IMG/VR virus record: IMGVR_UViG_3300014050_000017
Location: 16,134 to 80,133 of that record
DNA length: 64,000 nt
Direction: 5' to 3' (one strand)
Source of the DNA: a virus
Shown: piece after piece, positions 25,867-36,070 of the stretch
Position numbering within the stretch: the stretch's first letter is position 1
How the letters are laid out: each line of letters begins with the position of its first letter
Position numbers and translations under genes: made by a program
The notes under the pieces: model-generated
What the model saw: only the letters and a program-made list of their open reading frames with translations
What the model was told of the DNA's origin: nothing
The model's database searches: none

Positions 25867-26057
25867 TCATGCTCCTCTGGACAACACTCTTTACATGCTC
25901 TAATTAATGTAGCAGAACCTCGTAGGGCTTCCCAATGGTCTGCAGTTGGTTTGTCGCAAAAAGAACAATACTTAGCTCTTTCTTTATTCTCTGCAGAAAC
26001 CTTCTCTAGGTAATCGCGGAGAGGACCAGCTGCCATCCACCTTGTTGTGCCGCTCAT
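25863..26057 (-). CDS. small Zn-finger protein
   Basis: CSFC...CKEC; ATGA coupling. Confidence 0.6.
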   Translation of the reverse strand: MSGTTRWMAAGPLRDYLEKVSAENKERAKYCSFCDKPTADHWEALRGSATLIRACKECCPEEHE

Positions 26058-26965
26058 GGTTGGTACCCTATTAGATGTTTAGCAAATTGCAAACCCCATT
26101 CTATTTCTTTTCTTGACATACCACCAACATCCTTTTGGTCGGTACTGTCGTAGTTAAAGAACCAACAAGGTAGCCCAATATCTAAAGCCATATCTTTAAT
26201 AGCGTTAGTACAAGACTTGCCAGCGTCATCATTATCTAAAGCAAATATAGGTCGCGTAGCTCCGCGAATAAGACTCCATTGCGTTCCTGATATAGCGCAG
26301 CCATAGGTAGCAACCGCCCCCTCTACACCAACGGAGGCTAGCCTTACTACATCTAGTGGTGACTCAACAACAATCATGTCACCGCCCCTGTAGTGCTCAT
26401 AACCAAAAAGGGCTTCGCTCTTCTTTACACCTGTTGAATTTCTAAAGAACCTGGTCTTGTGACCTTTTTCTTGCCAGCCAAGAAGCTTTCCTGACATAGG
26501 GTCACGTATTGGGATAATCCAATTACCCTGTAAAGCGTTCCACTTTATGCCGTACTTATCAACTAAGTTTGGAAGCAGTCCTCGGCTTTTACATACATCT
26601 TCAGGTACAGATTTAAACGCCAAAAGCATGGACTCATGGATAGGAACCATTTCTTCTTGCTCTGGCTTATCGCCTCTTACTAACTGTTTGATTCTTGCAG
26701 TTAAACGAGAAACTGTTCTATCAATATCATCAATCTCTATATCACCAGCACCAAGGTAGTTAACTAAAGTTTTTAAACCACCCTTCCAATCACAAGAGAA
26801 GCAGATAAATAAACCGCTATCTCCGTTAATCCAAAAAGAAGGGTTGTTATCTTCTTTACCAGTTCGCTCTTTGTGAGCGGGGCAGTGCAGTTGAATTTCA
26901 TTGCCGCGAATAGATACTACCTTTAATCCTAAGGTTTCTAGTGTGTCTTCTACATTAGAGGTCAT
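26054..26965 (-). CDS. dnaG: DNA primase (CHC2 Zn finger plus Toprim)
   Basis: CPAH...PSF...CFSC; VVESPLD; DNDDAG; KD. Confidence 0.88.
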   Translation of the reverse strand: MTSNVEDTLETLGLKVVSIRGNEIQLHCPAHKERTGKEDNNPSFWINGDSGLFICFSCDWKGGLKTLVNYLGAGDIEIDDIDRTVSRLTARIKQLVRGDKPEQEEMVPIHESMLLAFKSVPEDVCKSRGLLPNLVDKYGIKWNALQGNWIIPIRDPMSGKLLGWQEKGHKTRFFRNSTGVKKSEALFGYEHYRGGDMIVVESPLDVVRLASVGVEGAVATYGCAISGTQWSLIRGATRPIFALDNDDAGKSCTNAIKDMALDIGLPCWFFNYDSTDQKDVGGMSRKEIEWGLQFAKHLIGYQP

Positions 26966-28181
26966 TGATGTCTATCTCCCTAAACGTACCTGTATCCCAC
27001 GCCCAGATAAGCGATATCTCCATGCGACCAGAGTTACGGCTTTCAAGAACCTTTAGTACACGGGTGTCGTCTACGTTCTCGTCTTCTCTTTGTAAACCAA
27101 ATACCACGTCAGCATCTTGTACGAAAGAAGATGAGTAACCAATAGAGTCTGCAGTAACCTGACCCTTACGCATCTTCCAGTTAAGAACCTGGGTAGTAAT
27201 AATTACTGGAACCTTAAACTTTTGTGCCATGCGCTTAAGCGAACGGGTGATGTTAGTGATGGCCTGTGGAGTGTTGGCTTCTCCAGTCTGCTCATCAATC
27301 ATCAAGTAAACACCATCGATAAACACAATCTCTGGGTGAAGAACCTGTATCTTGCTAGCAATACCTGAAACCGTGGAGCCATTAGCAGAGTCAACCAACC
27401 AGAAAGGCTTACGCATTTGCTCCATAGAATTTAACTTTGCCTGATAACGAGACTCTTCTTCAGCATCCAAAACACCGTTAATTAATCTGGTATGAGATAT
27501 ACGTGCACGCATAGCATCGTAACGAGTTTGCTGTTCGTGGTTACTCATCTCAAAAGATTGGAACATAACTGATTTATCTTGTAGGTGAACGTTCTGTGCA
27601 AACTGCAAAGCAAGAGTTGATTTACCAGTCTTGGGAGGCGCTACGACAACAATTAACTGACCAGGCTGTAGTCCTCCAGTAACCTTATCTACACTAGGAA
27701 ACCCTGTTCCAGTGCCAAGAAGTCCTGGATTGTTCTTACGCCATAGATACTCTTCCCAACGTTTCTTTGGGTCTTCTATGAGGTTCATATCGCTGGTTTT
27801 GCTTAGCCCGTCTTCCTCTAGGCTAATAATTCCAGCTTGGAAAATACGTAATGCTTCTTCGTGGTCACGGCTTTTATCTAGTGCAATAGCCGCTGCCTCT
27901 ATCATCTTTATTACAGAGGCTGCTCTACGTGAGGCTACGACGTTATCTACTAGATAATCGATATTGTCCTGTGATTCATACTGCTTCCATGTAGGGAAGT
28001 TTTGATTGATTACCTCAAGGCTGGGGCACTCTGCGTACTTTGCAAAGTGTTCACGAACAAATACCCAAACACGTCGGACTTCGCTATCGACAAACCAACT
28101 ATCTTTAATACCGCGTTCGTATAAGTATGGAAGGTCGCGGCTCTCTAATATCTTGCTTAGTAATTTATATTCGTTGTTCAT
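26955..28181 (-). CDS. dnaB: replicative DnaB-like helicase
   Basis: TGF..D..TGGLQPGQL, APPKTGKS, FEM, IDG.YLM, SRN. Confidence 0.9.
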   Translation of the reverse strand: MNNEYKLLSKILESRDLPYLYERGIKDSWFVDSEVRRVWVFVREHFAKYAECPSLEVINQNFPTWKQYESQDNIDYLVDNVVASRRAASVIKMIEAAAIALDKSRDHEEALRIFQAGIISLEEDGLSKTSDMNLIEDPKKRWEEYLWRKNNPGLLGTGTGFPSVDKVTGGLQPGQLIVVVAPPKTGKSTLALQFAQNVHLQDKSVMFQSFEMSNHEQQTRYDAMRARISHTRLINGVLDAEEESRYQAKLNSMEQMRKPFWLVDSANGSTVSGIASKIQVLHPEIVFIDGVYLMIDEQTGEANTPQAITNITRSLKRMAQKFKVPVIITTQVLNWKMRKGQVTADSIGYSSSFVQDADVVFGLQREDENVDDTRVLKVLESRNSGRMEISLIWAWDTGTFREIDINDL

Positions 28182-28588
28182 TGTAAGTCAGCGAATGTCC
28201 TTCCCCAGTGTCCGTAACGTAGGAGGCGCGAGTCTACATCAACTACGCCAACTACTTCTGGTCTATAGGGAAGTTCGCTGAGCAAGTGTTTGTCCGATTC
28301 ATACGCCGTGTAGTATCTAAATGGGTTAGTGCCCATATTGTCAAGCATGTCCATAACCTCTTGTAAATCCTCATCCCGTAGGTCAAAGGAAACAAGTTCT
28401 AGGGTAAAGCCAGCTCTGGTTGTAAAAACGTAAAGGTACGACAAAGCGTCGCGTCTAAACTTCTTTTCTATCTTTACAGTCGGGATGATTAATAGTTTCT
28501 TTTTTATATTAATCTCCACGTCCATAATAATGTCGGTGGTAACTAGTATCCTTTTGGGGAGTTCGTTACTGATATCCCCATGCTTCAT
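28178..28588 (-). CDS. hypothetical protein (degenerate HAD-like)
   Basis: MKHGDISNELPKRILV...; coupled to dnaB. Confidence 0.6.
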   Translation of the reverse strand: MKHGDISNELPKRILVTTDIIMDVEINIKKKLLIIPTVKIEKKFRRDALSYLYVFTTRAGFTLELVSFDLRDEDLQEVMDMLDNMGTNPFRYYTAYESDKHLLSELPYRPEVVGVVDVDSRLLRYGHWGRTFADLQ

Positions 28589-28896
28589 TAGAAGACTTCA
28601 ATCTTACCGAACCTAATTACAAAATCTCGGAAGGCTTCTTTTGATGACCTAGCGGTTGCAATATCGTCAGCCTGAGCACGGCTAGAGAACTCTAGCGGGT
28701 AGGTGTCGCCGCCGTTTGCTTTAATGCGAGCGCTGACAAACTTAACATGCTTACAGGTGCTACGTCCTCTGTAGCCAGGGCAGGTGCAATACAACTTGTT
28801 GTTGTCGTCTACAGACACCTCGTAGATGCCAGGACCAGGCGACTGTGTTTGGCTGAGGAACACCTGAACCAACTTTGTATCCATTATTGCACTCAT
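28588..28896 (-). CDS. SWIM Zn-finger protein
   Basis: YEV....CTCPGY...CKH. Confidence 0.75.
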   Translation of the reverse strand: MSAIMDTKLVQVFLSQTQSPGPGIYEVSVDDNNKLYCTCPGYRGRSTCKHVKFVSARIKANGGDTYPLEFSSRAQADDIATARSSKEAFRDFVIRFGKIEVF

Positions 28897-29579
28897 TCTC
28901 GTAGGTCTCCTTTACTCGTAACCATCGGTAGATATGTAAACGCTTCCTTAGCAAAGCTTTCGGTTGCATCGCCGTAAAGACTATTCCAATCTTCAAGCAT
29001 CACGTTGGTGGTCACGATGGTTGGCAGGCCCTGGTTGTATCGCGTACGCAATACATGGTGGAGAACGTTTTTCTGCCATCCACTTAGGCTGGCGTGCTCC
29101 TTACCTACATCATCAATTACTAGAACCCTGATGTTATAGGGGTCGTGCGCTTCGCCTAGAATCCCATAGTAGAGCACCTCCTCCCAGTCTGTCGGGCTAT
29201 CCATCATGCGACCTTGCAGTGCTAGGACGTCATTAAATGTTATGAAATAACAAGGCCTGATTAATACGGACTCTTCCGATACATCAAAGGCCTGTAGGGG
29301 TGAATTAAGCATGATAGTCTGGATAGTTGCTGCTGCAACTGTCGACTTTCCGCGACCAGGTAGCCCAGCCAACAAAAGACCTCGGCCACAATACCTGTTA
29401 CCAGAGGCGCGAACTACTGAGCCTTCGTTAAAAATACTAAGCCAACCACTAATTTCAACGATGTCTTCAGGGTCTGAGTCATTGCAATCTTCAAGAGTCC
29501 AGCCAAGTTTAGATTTAGGTATGCCTGCAGCCTGTATCCATGTGCGACGTCGTACTTTTTGTTTTTCTAATACGTACAT
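28893..29579 (-). CDS. dnaC: DnaC/IstB-like AAA+ helicase loader
   Basis: GLLLAGLPGRGKS, LVIDDVGKE, R.R..GLPTIVTTN. Confidence 0.85.
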   Translation of the reverse strand: MYVLEKQKVRRRTWIQAAGIPKSKLGWTLEDCNDSDPEDIVEISGWLSIFNEGSVVRASGNRYCGRGLLLAGLPGRGKSTVAAATIQTIMLNSPLQAFDVSEESVLIRPCYFITFNDVLALQGRMMDSPTDWEEVLYYGILGEAHDPYNIRVLVIDDVGKEHASLSGWQKNVLHHVLRTRYNQGLPTIVTTNVMLEDWNSLYGDATESFAKEAFTYLPMVTSKGDLRE

Positions 29580-30526
29580 TACTTCCCACCGCTCCTTAAA
29601 TATTCTTCACGTTCCGCACGTGCTTTGGCTCTTGCTGCGGATACTACATCTAAGTCCTCAGGTTTCATAGCACGTCGTACTTCATCAATCTTAGTAGGCG
29701 CATAATTTAAGAAGGTCCAGAACAACTGTTCAGGGTTATATAACTTACGGTGTTCAAACTTGTAACTAGCAATAAACATGTCCAACAGACGCTTATCTAG
29801 CTCGCCGTTAGTGTCGTTGTCTACACGGAACTGATACATAGCTTTTACCAACCTAGGGCGTTGAGTCAGAGCAACCTGCTCTACCTGCCATAGGGTCTTG
29901 CACTGTTCCGCAAAATAATTAATGATGTCGGTAGGAGTCCAACGGTCTACAGTCTTCTTAGCCCTGGCAATCTGGCGCTTCTTAAAATGCTCCTGCGACT
30001 GCTCCTGGCGTTCGCGCTTCTTGCGCTCAGCCTCCTTCTTTAGTTCCTGCTCTAGGTCATCTGGGTCTATTGGCATTGAGCCTAAACTCATGGCTTCTCC
30101 TTCTGTTGTTTCTTCTTTCCGTGCGTGAAAATTCATTTTCACGCCTTGGTTAACTGAATTAGCATATAAACCATACTGCTCTGTGCTATATGGAATATCT
30201 GCTATATAGGTATCAGCTATATTGCTATTCTGTGATATGGAGATGTAGGTTTCACCGTTCGGGAAAACCTGCAACGGTGACCCAGTACTCCAGTCAAAAG
30301 CATAGGCCTTACCCTGGGTGGTCAGCTCTAGGGTATGCCAAAAGGTTCCCTTGGCGGTCTTACCGCTAGAACGGGCTACAAGGCCAATAGAGACCAGTTC
30401 AGTGATGGCTGACTCAGTCTCATACCTACCCCAGCCATTGGCCTCCATAAGGCCCTGTACGCCCCTTGGAGCCCCATATCTGGCTATGGTCAGGAATACA
30501 CCTAGGGTCTTAGGGCTTAGGCTCAT
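29579..30526 (-). CDS. putative replication initiator (N-terminal winged helix)
   Basis: wHTH-like N-terminus (AITELVSIGLVAR...LTTQG); upstream of DnaC/DnaB/primase; internal short repeats. Confidence 0.55.
   Translation of the reverse strand: MSLSPKTLGVFLTIARYGAPRGVQGLMEANGWGRYETESAITELVSIGLVARSSGKTAKGTFWHTLELTTQGKAYAFDWSTGSPLQVFPNGETYISISQNSNIADTYIADIPYSTEQYGLYANSVNQGVKMNFHARKEETTEGEAMSLGSMPIDPDDLEQELKKEAERKKRERQEQSQEHFKKRQIARAKKTVDRWTPTDIINYFAEQCKTLWQVEQVALTQRPRLVKAMYQFRVDNDTNGELDKRLLDMFIASYKFEHRKLYNPEQLFWTFLNYAPTKIDEVRRAMKPEDLDVVSAARAKARAEREEYLRSGGK
30185..30229. repeat. iteron-like GCTAT(A/T) repeats within the initiator gene (candidate origin)
   Basis: GCTATAT at 30185, 30201 and 30216; GCTATT at 30224; AT-rich context. 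Confidence 0.4.
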
Positions 30527-31172
30527 TCTGGGCTTTCCACTCGGCTATGAAGGCGCGAGCAAAGACACGGGCTATTGCTTCGACTCCCGCGTAGATATCT
30601 TCAAAATCTTCGGCTTCTTCTTCGTCGTCTTCGTACTCTTCTTCGTCGTCTTCTTCCTCACCGACTTCTTCTTCCTCCTCATCGTCGTCTTCCTCGCTTT
30701 CTGAGACCATCTCTGCCTCTGGAAACTTAATCTGTTCGGGTTCTGCAATTGATGCTGATGGGGTGATTTCTGATAGTCCGTTGAGTAGGTCGTAGCATTT
30801 GATGCCCGCTGTTGTACAAGCCGCTAGGGTAGCCAGTGATGAGTCGTCACCGTCATCCCACAATAAGAAAGCTGTTGTATCGGAGCCTGCCACTATCTCT
30901 ACAGATTTTTTAATTGGGTCTGCATCGTAGACAATAGATGCCGCTGGCATGTTCGCAACATCTGCGTCTTCCTTAGCAATTAAAACAATCTCTTTGTTTT
31001 TATCCCTAGCAAACTGTGCAACAAAAACCTGTGACGGTGTTGCTTGTTTATCAATAGGAATAATAAGAGTTCCACCATCGCCTTTAGCGTAGTAGTGGTC
31101 TTCCATTAATGCTTCTACGTTTTGCCTACTGGTAGAGCCTTTGCCTGCTACCAAAACATAGTACTTGTTCAT
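30510..31172 (-). CDS. hypothetical alpha/beta protein (possibly SLOG/YspA-like) with a long acidic tract
   Basis: N-terminal YVLVAGKG strand; ~35-residue D/E tract. Confidence 0.6.
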   Translation of the reverse strand: MNKYYVLVAGKGSTSRQNVEALMEDHYYAKGDGGTLIIPIDKQATPSQVFVAQFARDKNKEIVLIAKEDADVANMPAASIVYDADPIKKSVEIVAGSDTTAFLLWDDGDDSSLATLAACTTAGIKCYDLLNGLSEITPSASIAEPEQIKFPEAEMVSESEEDDDEEEEEVGEEEDDEEEYEDDEEEAEDFEDIYAGVEAIARVFARAFIAEWKAQNEPKP

Positions 31173-31203
31173 AGGACCTCCTTAGGTCCCTAGTACCCTA
31201 CCA

Positions 31204-31482
31204 CTAATCTCGGGCAGTGTTAATAACGGCTGGCTTGTATACGGATACCCGTTCCACTATGGCAAGTAAAGATGCTCCTAGGAACGCCCCAGCTACTGTC
31301 CATAGGACATACTGTCGGGTAGTTGAAACTTCAACTAAATATACGGCTACAGCCGAGAATATAATTGAAAGTACAGCATTAATTACGGAAATAGGTATAA
31401 AGATACTTAGTACTTCTACCAGGTTACGAACTGTAGCCAGGAAGAACCCTGTAAAGCACCCCACTAATATAAGCTCCAGCAT
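31204..31482 (-). CDS. small membrane protein (holin-like candidate)
   Basis: Three hydrophobic segments in 92 aa; leaderless TAGGAT-N6-ATG. Confidence 0.5.
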   Translation of the reverse strand: MLELILVGCFTGFFLATVRNLVEVLSIFIPISVINAVLSIIFSAVAVYLVEVSTTRQYVLWTVAGAFLGASLLAIVERVSVYKPAVINTARD

Positions 31483-31494
31483 GGGAGCATCCTA

Positions 31495-34305
31495 CTACGT
31501 TTTTGGCTGTGCGAGGTATATAGCGTAGCTAGAGCCTGAGGTTAGCCATTCGTCCAACGCCCCTTTAGCAAGGCGGTCTGATATGGCTATATAGTTTTTA
31601 TAGTAATGGCTTCGAGAGTTATTAGGTACCTGGCCTTCCCAGAACAACTCGGCGTTAGAACCAAAGCCTTGGTTGCCATCAAAGTACTGTAGGGCAAAAG
31701 GGCTGTTCTCAAATAACGCGTCGTCCACAACAATCTGGTCATTAGCCGCTCCGTTAGTCCAGATAAAGGATACGTTTGCATAAGCCGCATTTTCAGGAGC
31801 AATTGCAGAGGACGAAATTCTTTGCCATGACGTATTGCTATTTATAGTTACTAAAGGTTCAAGCGTGCTAGAGATAGCGGTCTTGGTGCTGTCATACCAG
31901 TAAATTACTGGGCGCACTGTTGGTGCAGTGGTTCCTGTAACACGTTTTACATACACACTAAATGTGTAATATGTAGATGGGTAATGGATATTTAAATAGT
32001 TAACAGACGTTGCTGCTGCTGCAACTTCTGTATTACCAGTAGCAGTTTTGTTAATAATACAAGCGCTTCCTGTTTTTGCTACAGACCCAGATGCTTGTGT
32101 AAATATTACAGATGCACTTGGGCTTACTGTGTAGTCAAAAGTAAAGTCTTGTACACCAGTTATAGTTTTTACCCCAGAGTATGGAGATGGCAAACCAGAT
32201 ACTAAAACTATGTCTCCAATTTTATAAGTATGAACTGTAGACAGGGTAACTGTTGCAGTCGTAGCTGACTGTTGGTACCCCTGAATAGTAAATACGTCTG
32301 CTATAGGGTCAGACTCACTAGCGCTTGCGGTTGCTGTAGCGTTGGTAAATCCCCAAGGAGCAAAGCTATTTGCGCTATTGAACGTTGGGTTTTTAATTTC
32401 ATTGATTCTTGTTGCCTTCATAGTTATATGAACCTGGCGTGCTTCGTCAAAGTCGGTAACTACATTGGCTTTTTCAAATTGAGCAGCGTCAAAATAATGG
32501 CGCTCGCCGCTTGCCGCGTTTCCTACAGCCGATACAGCAATAGCTGGAGCTGCGTAATAACACTCTTGAACTCGCGCAATAGTTACAAGGAATCCAGAAC
32601 CACCAGTGCTGCCAATAGATGCTTTATCAAAAGAGTAAACAGTTGTAGGGTCTGAACCCTTTCCTCCATTAACAATAACGCAGCTTTGTACAACCCCTCC
32701 ACTAATAGAGATGTTGGCTCTAGGTGCTATAGAGAAAGCTTTTCCACTTACGCGAGTTAAAGGCACGTTTGTATAAGCTCCGTCCGTATATCCAGAGCCA
32801 GCAGTACCAAAGAAAGGATTAAGAGTAATAGCGCAAGGCGCTGCGGCTGTTACGGTTGCTCTTGTTGACAGAGAACCAGTTGCATTTGTAGCTGGGTTAC
32901 CAGTGCTTGTAGACATAAATACGCCAAAACGGTCGTACCAGTTAATACCAGCAGTAAAACTTCTAGTAGTACTTAGAGCAGCACTGTACACACTAAATGT
33001 GTATGTATCACCAGAAGTTACTGGTATACCAAGCTGTACTGGGGAAGCGCTTCCACAGTTTATGGTTACTACCTGTGCAGTTCCAGTTGCGTTTGCTAAA
33101 GAAAGAATTCCCTTTGCTTTATTTGGATATAACGCAGGTGCTGTAGGTTCTAAATAAGGAGCTGGGTAAGGTTTAACAATTGGATACGCTTGCGTGTCAA
33201 TGTTTCTTGCATTAGTTAAAGGCTGTTCTGTTGTAGTAACAGATACTTCTATGTAACTAAGAGGGTCTGTTCCTATAATTGTAATAGGGCTTTTGTTCCA
33301 CCCAGGGGTTCTAAAGCCACTGATTGTAATTTTGTCACCAATCTTGTAGCCGTGTGGGCCTACAATCATGCGAAGAACATTGTTATTATTAGTTAGGAAC
33401 TGAGTTACTTCTAGTGTTCCCAACTGGCTTATAGAACCTGTGCTATCTCCTGACACCCAATTTCCAATGCCTTGTTCAAAGGAAGAATCGTTGTAACTAA
33501 GCATTAAGTTATGGCTTACCTGTAACCCTTCAAGCGTTGGATTAGGGGTGCTATCAACAGGAGATGGGCAAGACCATCCAGAAAAAGCTTTAATGTATTC
33601 TCTAATTCCTTGAGTAGAACCTTTTTCTTTTGTTAGCTGAACAGAGTCTCTTACTAGGATGCGAGATTGCTGGTATCCGATTTCAGGCTCTGCAGCTATA
33701 CCAATCTGATTAAGAATAAGTGGGATAGTAGTTCCCGTTACTTTTTCAAAGTTGTAACGGTCAGAGATAAGGTCAATAAGACCACGTGTTTTATCAAACG
33801 CAAAACCAAATAAAGATAAGAAAGCCCTTAGGTCTTCATTGTCGGTTGGTTCAGAAGCTATATTAGGGGTTGTAATCTTGTGGATTAAAGGCATGTATTG
33901 ATACAGCAGGTCACCAGTTCCGTAGTTCTTTACAGACAGTCCTGTGGCTCGCCCAGCCAATACCCATGTAAGTTGAGTTACGTCAAGTACAAAAATTGAG
34001 TAGTAGTAGGTTTTAGTGTTCTTAGTATCAGGTAAAACGTCAGTAAATATTTGAGGGTCGTTTCGTCTTGTGGTTTCAAAAGCTAATTCACCATCAGTAA
34101 AATTAACAGGAAAACCATAAGGGCTACGTACAATCCTCATCTTAGCCCAGTTACCAATAGGGCTAACCCACTTAACAGTTATTTGAGCATAACCTGAAGA
34201 CAGGGTTGTTACAGGCTCCGCATCATAGTTAAGGGGGTTATCGCTACCGTAGTAACTAAGAGGGAAGTCGGAGGAGGAGTAGTAATCAAGACCGTAACGT
34301 GCCAT
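31495..34305 (-). CDS. baseplate wedge / tail protein (gp7/P2 gpI-like) with carbohydrate-binding-like modules
   Basis: Follows baseplate J; FLSLFGF.FD..R, KGS..GI..Y motif; NP.F...W and YTFSVY...D.A.FE CBM-like segments. Confidence 0.7.
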   Translation of the reverse strand: MARYGLDYYSSSDFPLSYYGSDNPLNYDAEPVTTLSSGYAQITVKWVSPIGNWAKMRIVRSPYGFPVNFTDGELAFETTRRNDPQIFTDVLPDTKNTKTYYYSIFVLDVTQLTWVLAGRATGLSVKNYGTGDLLYQYMPLIHKITTPNIASEPTDNEDLRAFLSLFGFAFDKTRGLIDLISDRYNFEKVTGTTIPLILNQIGIAAEPEIGYQQSRILVRDSVQLTKEKGSTQGIREYIKAFSGWSCPSPVDSTPNPTLEGLQVSHNLMLSYNDSSFEQGIGNWVSGDSTGSISQLGTLEVTQFLTNNNNVLRMIVGPHGYKIGDKITISGFRTPGWNKSPITIIGTDPLSYIEVSVTTTEQPLTNARNIDTQAYPIVKPYPAPYLEPTAPALYPNKAKGILSLANATGTAQVVTINCGSASPVQLGIPVTSGDTYTFSVYSAALSTTRSFTAGINWYDRFGVFMSTSTGNPATNATGSLSTRATVTAAAPCAITLNPFFGTAGSGYTDGAYTNVPLTRVSGKAFSIAPRANISISGGVVQSCVIVNGGKGSDPTTVYSFDKASIGSTGGSGFLVTIARVQECYYAAPAIAVSAVGNAASGERHYFDAAQFEKANVVTDFDEARQVHITMKATRINEIKNPTFNSANSFAPWGFTNATATASASESDPIADVFTIQGYQQSATTATVTLSTVHTYKIGDIVLVSGLPSPYSGVKTITGVQDFTFDYTVSPSASVIFTQASGSVAKTGSACIINKTATGNTEVAAAATSVNYLNIHYPSTYYTFSVYVKRVTGTTAPTVRPVIYWYDSTKTAISSTLEPLVTINSNTSWQRISSSAIAPENAAYANVSFIWTNGAANDQIVVDDALFENSPFALQYFDGNQGFGSNAELFWEGQVPNNSRSHYYKNYIAISDRLAKGALDEWLTSGSSYAIYLAQPKT

Positions 34306-36068
34306 TAACTAATGCCTCCACTAGTTGTTAGGTCTAGGCCAATAACAGTAACAACTCCACCAGTTCTTGTTGTTTCTAGTTGAGGTAGCTCTCTCTTAGA
34401 ACATAGGATGTCTTTTACAGTAACCAAAGACGCTTTACCTACAGGAGTTACTGCAGATGAGTTGACGTTGTCACTAACAAGCGCATAGGTAAAGGTATTA
34501 GTGGTTACCCCTGTTATTACAGATGTGCCATCAAATGGAGAACCAACACCCGAGATTAATACTGTTTCTCCAATCCTATAGTTGTGAGTTGCAGACGTGG
34601 TCAAGGTAGCAACGTTGCTAGTTAAAGCCTTATTGCTAATAGAAAAGACCTTGTCTTCATCTTTTCTTACCATCTTAATAAGGGTAGTTCTGCTGATACC
34701 TTCAATTTCCCCAAGGACTTTATATAGGTCAGCTGGGTAGATACTGTCATTAAACGATACGTTATCAAAAGCAAACAACTGATTTATAGCCGAAGTAATA
34801 TTAGCTACTACTTGAGAGCTCTTATACTGTGAAAGAATAACGCAGTCTAATTTAATTCTTACATCTACATAGGTAGGTGGCTGTAGAGTTAGTGAAACCC
34901 CAGGTGGAATTTTATCTGTGAAATAGTCAAACACTACTTCAGAAAGGTTGTTAAATACCACAGAAGATGTGATGCCATCAGCTTGAAGGCCAGAGTCTCC
35001 GTATGGAGCTAAGAATAAAGTTACGCTACTAAATACACCAGCATCAGCAACAGCCTTTGCTACTCCTGGAACTTGGATAGCCAAAGCGGCATAGTCTGCT
35101 AACGACACTGCTCTATTAAGAGACCTTACGCTTTTAGGAGCGTTAACTCTGATTGAGTCCGTAGCTTCTGGGTCAGCTCCGCCAGAGCCTGCTCCAGAGG
35201 TCTCTCCAATATTTGGATTACCTACTGTTAAACCAGCAGTGAAGTTTGTCAATATGTATTTGATACTTCCAGCTGATACGTTTCCAATAGTACCGCCGCC
35301 AATTCTATAATATGCAAAAATCTCTGCACCATTGTTTGGAATACGTCCACTGATGTTATCTCCAAACTGTACAAACGTTTCCCCGTCACTATTAGTGATA
35401 ACAGAGAACACAGGGTCATATCCTTGATAATCAATTAGGTAAGGTACTTGAGTGTACTTAACGCCAGAAACATAAATTTCAACACTGTTATTTACAACAG
35501 GGCTTTCTGGAATCTGAAAGACTTGATATGGAGACCCATCTGAGTCTCCAATCTTTCCATTATCTTCATCAACCCCATACCCTCTAGACTCTCCTTGAGT
35601 AGCGGTTACAGTTACAGAACCGTTTGTAGTACCTACCTTTGCAGGAACCGTAACTTGTGAATCTGTTTCAAAAACTACCTGTACCTGCTGTCCACTAGAG
35701 ATTTGGCTGGTAGCAACCTGGGTTCTCTTTGGTACAACAATAGGGTTAGCGGTTGAGTTAGAAAAGGTGAGAATGACTGAAGCAGCTGTAGAATCAATAG
35801 GCTGATAGCCTAGCAATCTAGCTAGCTTTAATACGTTATCTCTTTGGCTTGCCGTTGTAATAAAAGACTCATTAATAGAACGGTCAATATAATAATTAAG
35901 TTGGTCGCCAATATATGTAAACAGTTCTAGCATGGTCATGCCAAAGTCTGCTGGGTCACGAGTGGTCCACTTAGGGGCAAAGTATGGAATTAGGTCAATT
36001 AACTCTTGCCTCAAGGACTCGTAGTCTCTGGAGGTATAGTCAACCTGCGGGATGTAATTAGTTGCCAT
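34305..36068 (-). CDS. baseplate wedge subunit (baseplate J / T4 gp6-like)
   Basis: DYTSRDYESLR, DFG..MLE, FGD...G.IP, GGADPE...IR..AP, RAVS.ADY. Confidence 0.9.
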   Translation of the reverse strand: MATNYIPQVDYTSRDYESLRQELIDLIPYFAPKWTTRDPADFGMTMLELFTYIGDQLNYYIDRSINESFITTASQRDNVLKLARLLGYQPIDSTAASVILTFSNSTANPIVVPKRTQVATSQISSGQQVQVVFETDSQVTVPAKVGTTNGSVTVTATQGESRGYGVDEDNGKIGDSDGSPYQVFQIPESPVVNNSVEIYVSGVKYTQVPYLIDYQGYDPVFSVITNSDGETFVQFGDNISGRIPNNGAEIFAYYRIGGGTIGNVSAGSIKYILTNFTAGLTVGNPNIGETSGAGSGGADPEATDSIRVNAPKSVRSLNRAVSLADYAALAIQVPGVAKAVADAGVFSSVTLFLAPYGDSGLQADGITSSVVFNNLSEVVFDYFTDKIPPGVSLTLQPPTYVDVRIKLDCVILSQYKSSQVVANITSAINQLFAFDNVSFNDSIYPADLYKVLGEIEGISRTTLIKMVRKDEDKVFSISNKALTSNVATLTTSATHNYRIGETVLISGVGSPFDGTSVITGVTTNTFTYALVSDNVNSSAVTPVGKASLVTVKDILCSKRELPQLETTRTGGVVTVIGLDLTTSGGIS

Positions 36069-36070
36069 TG

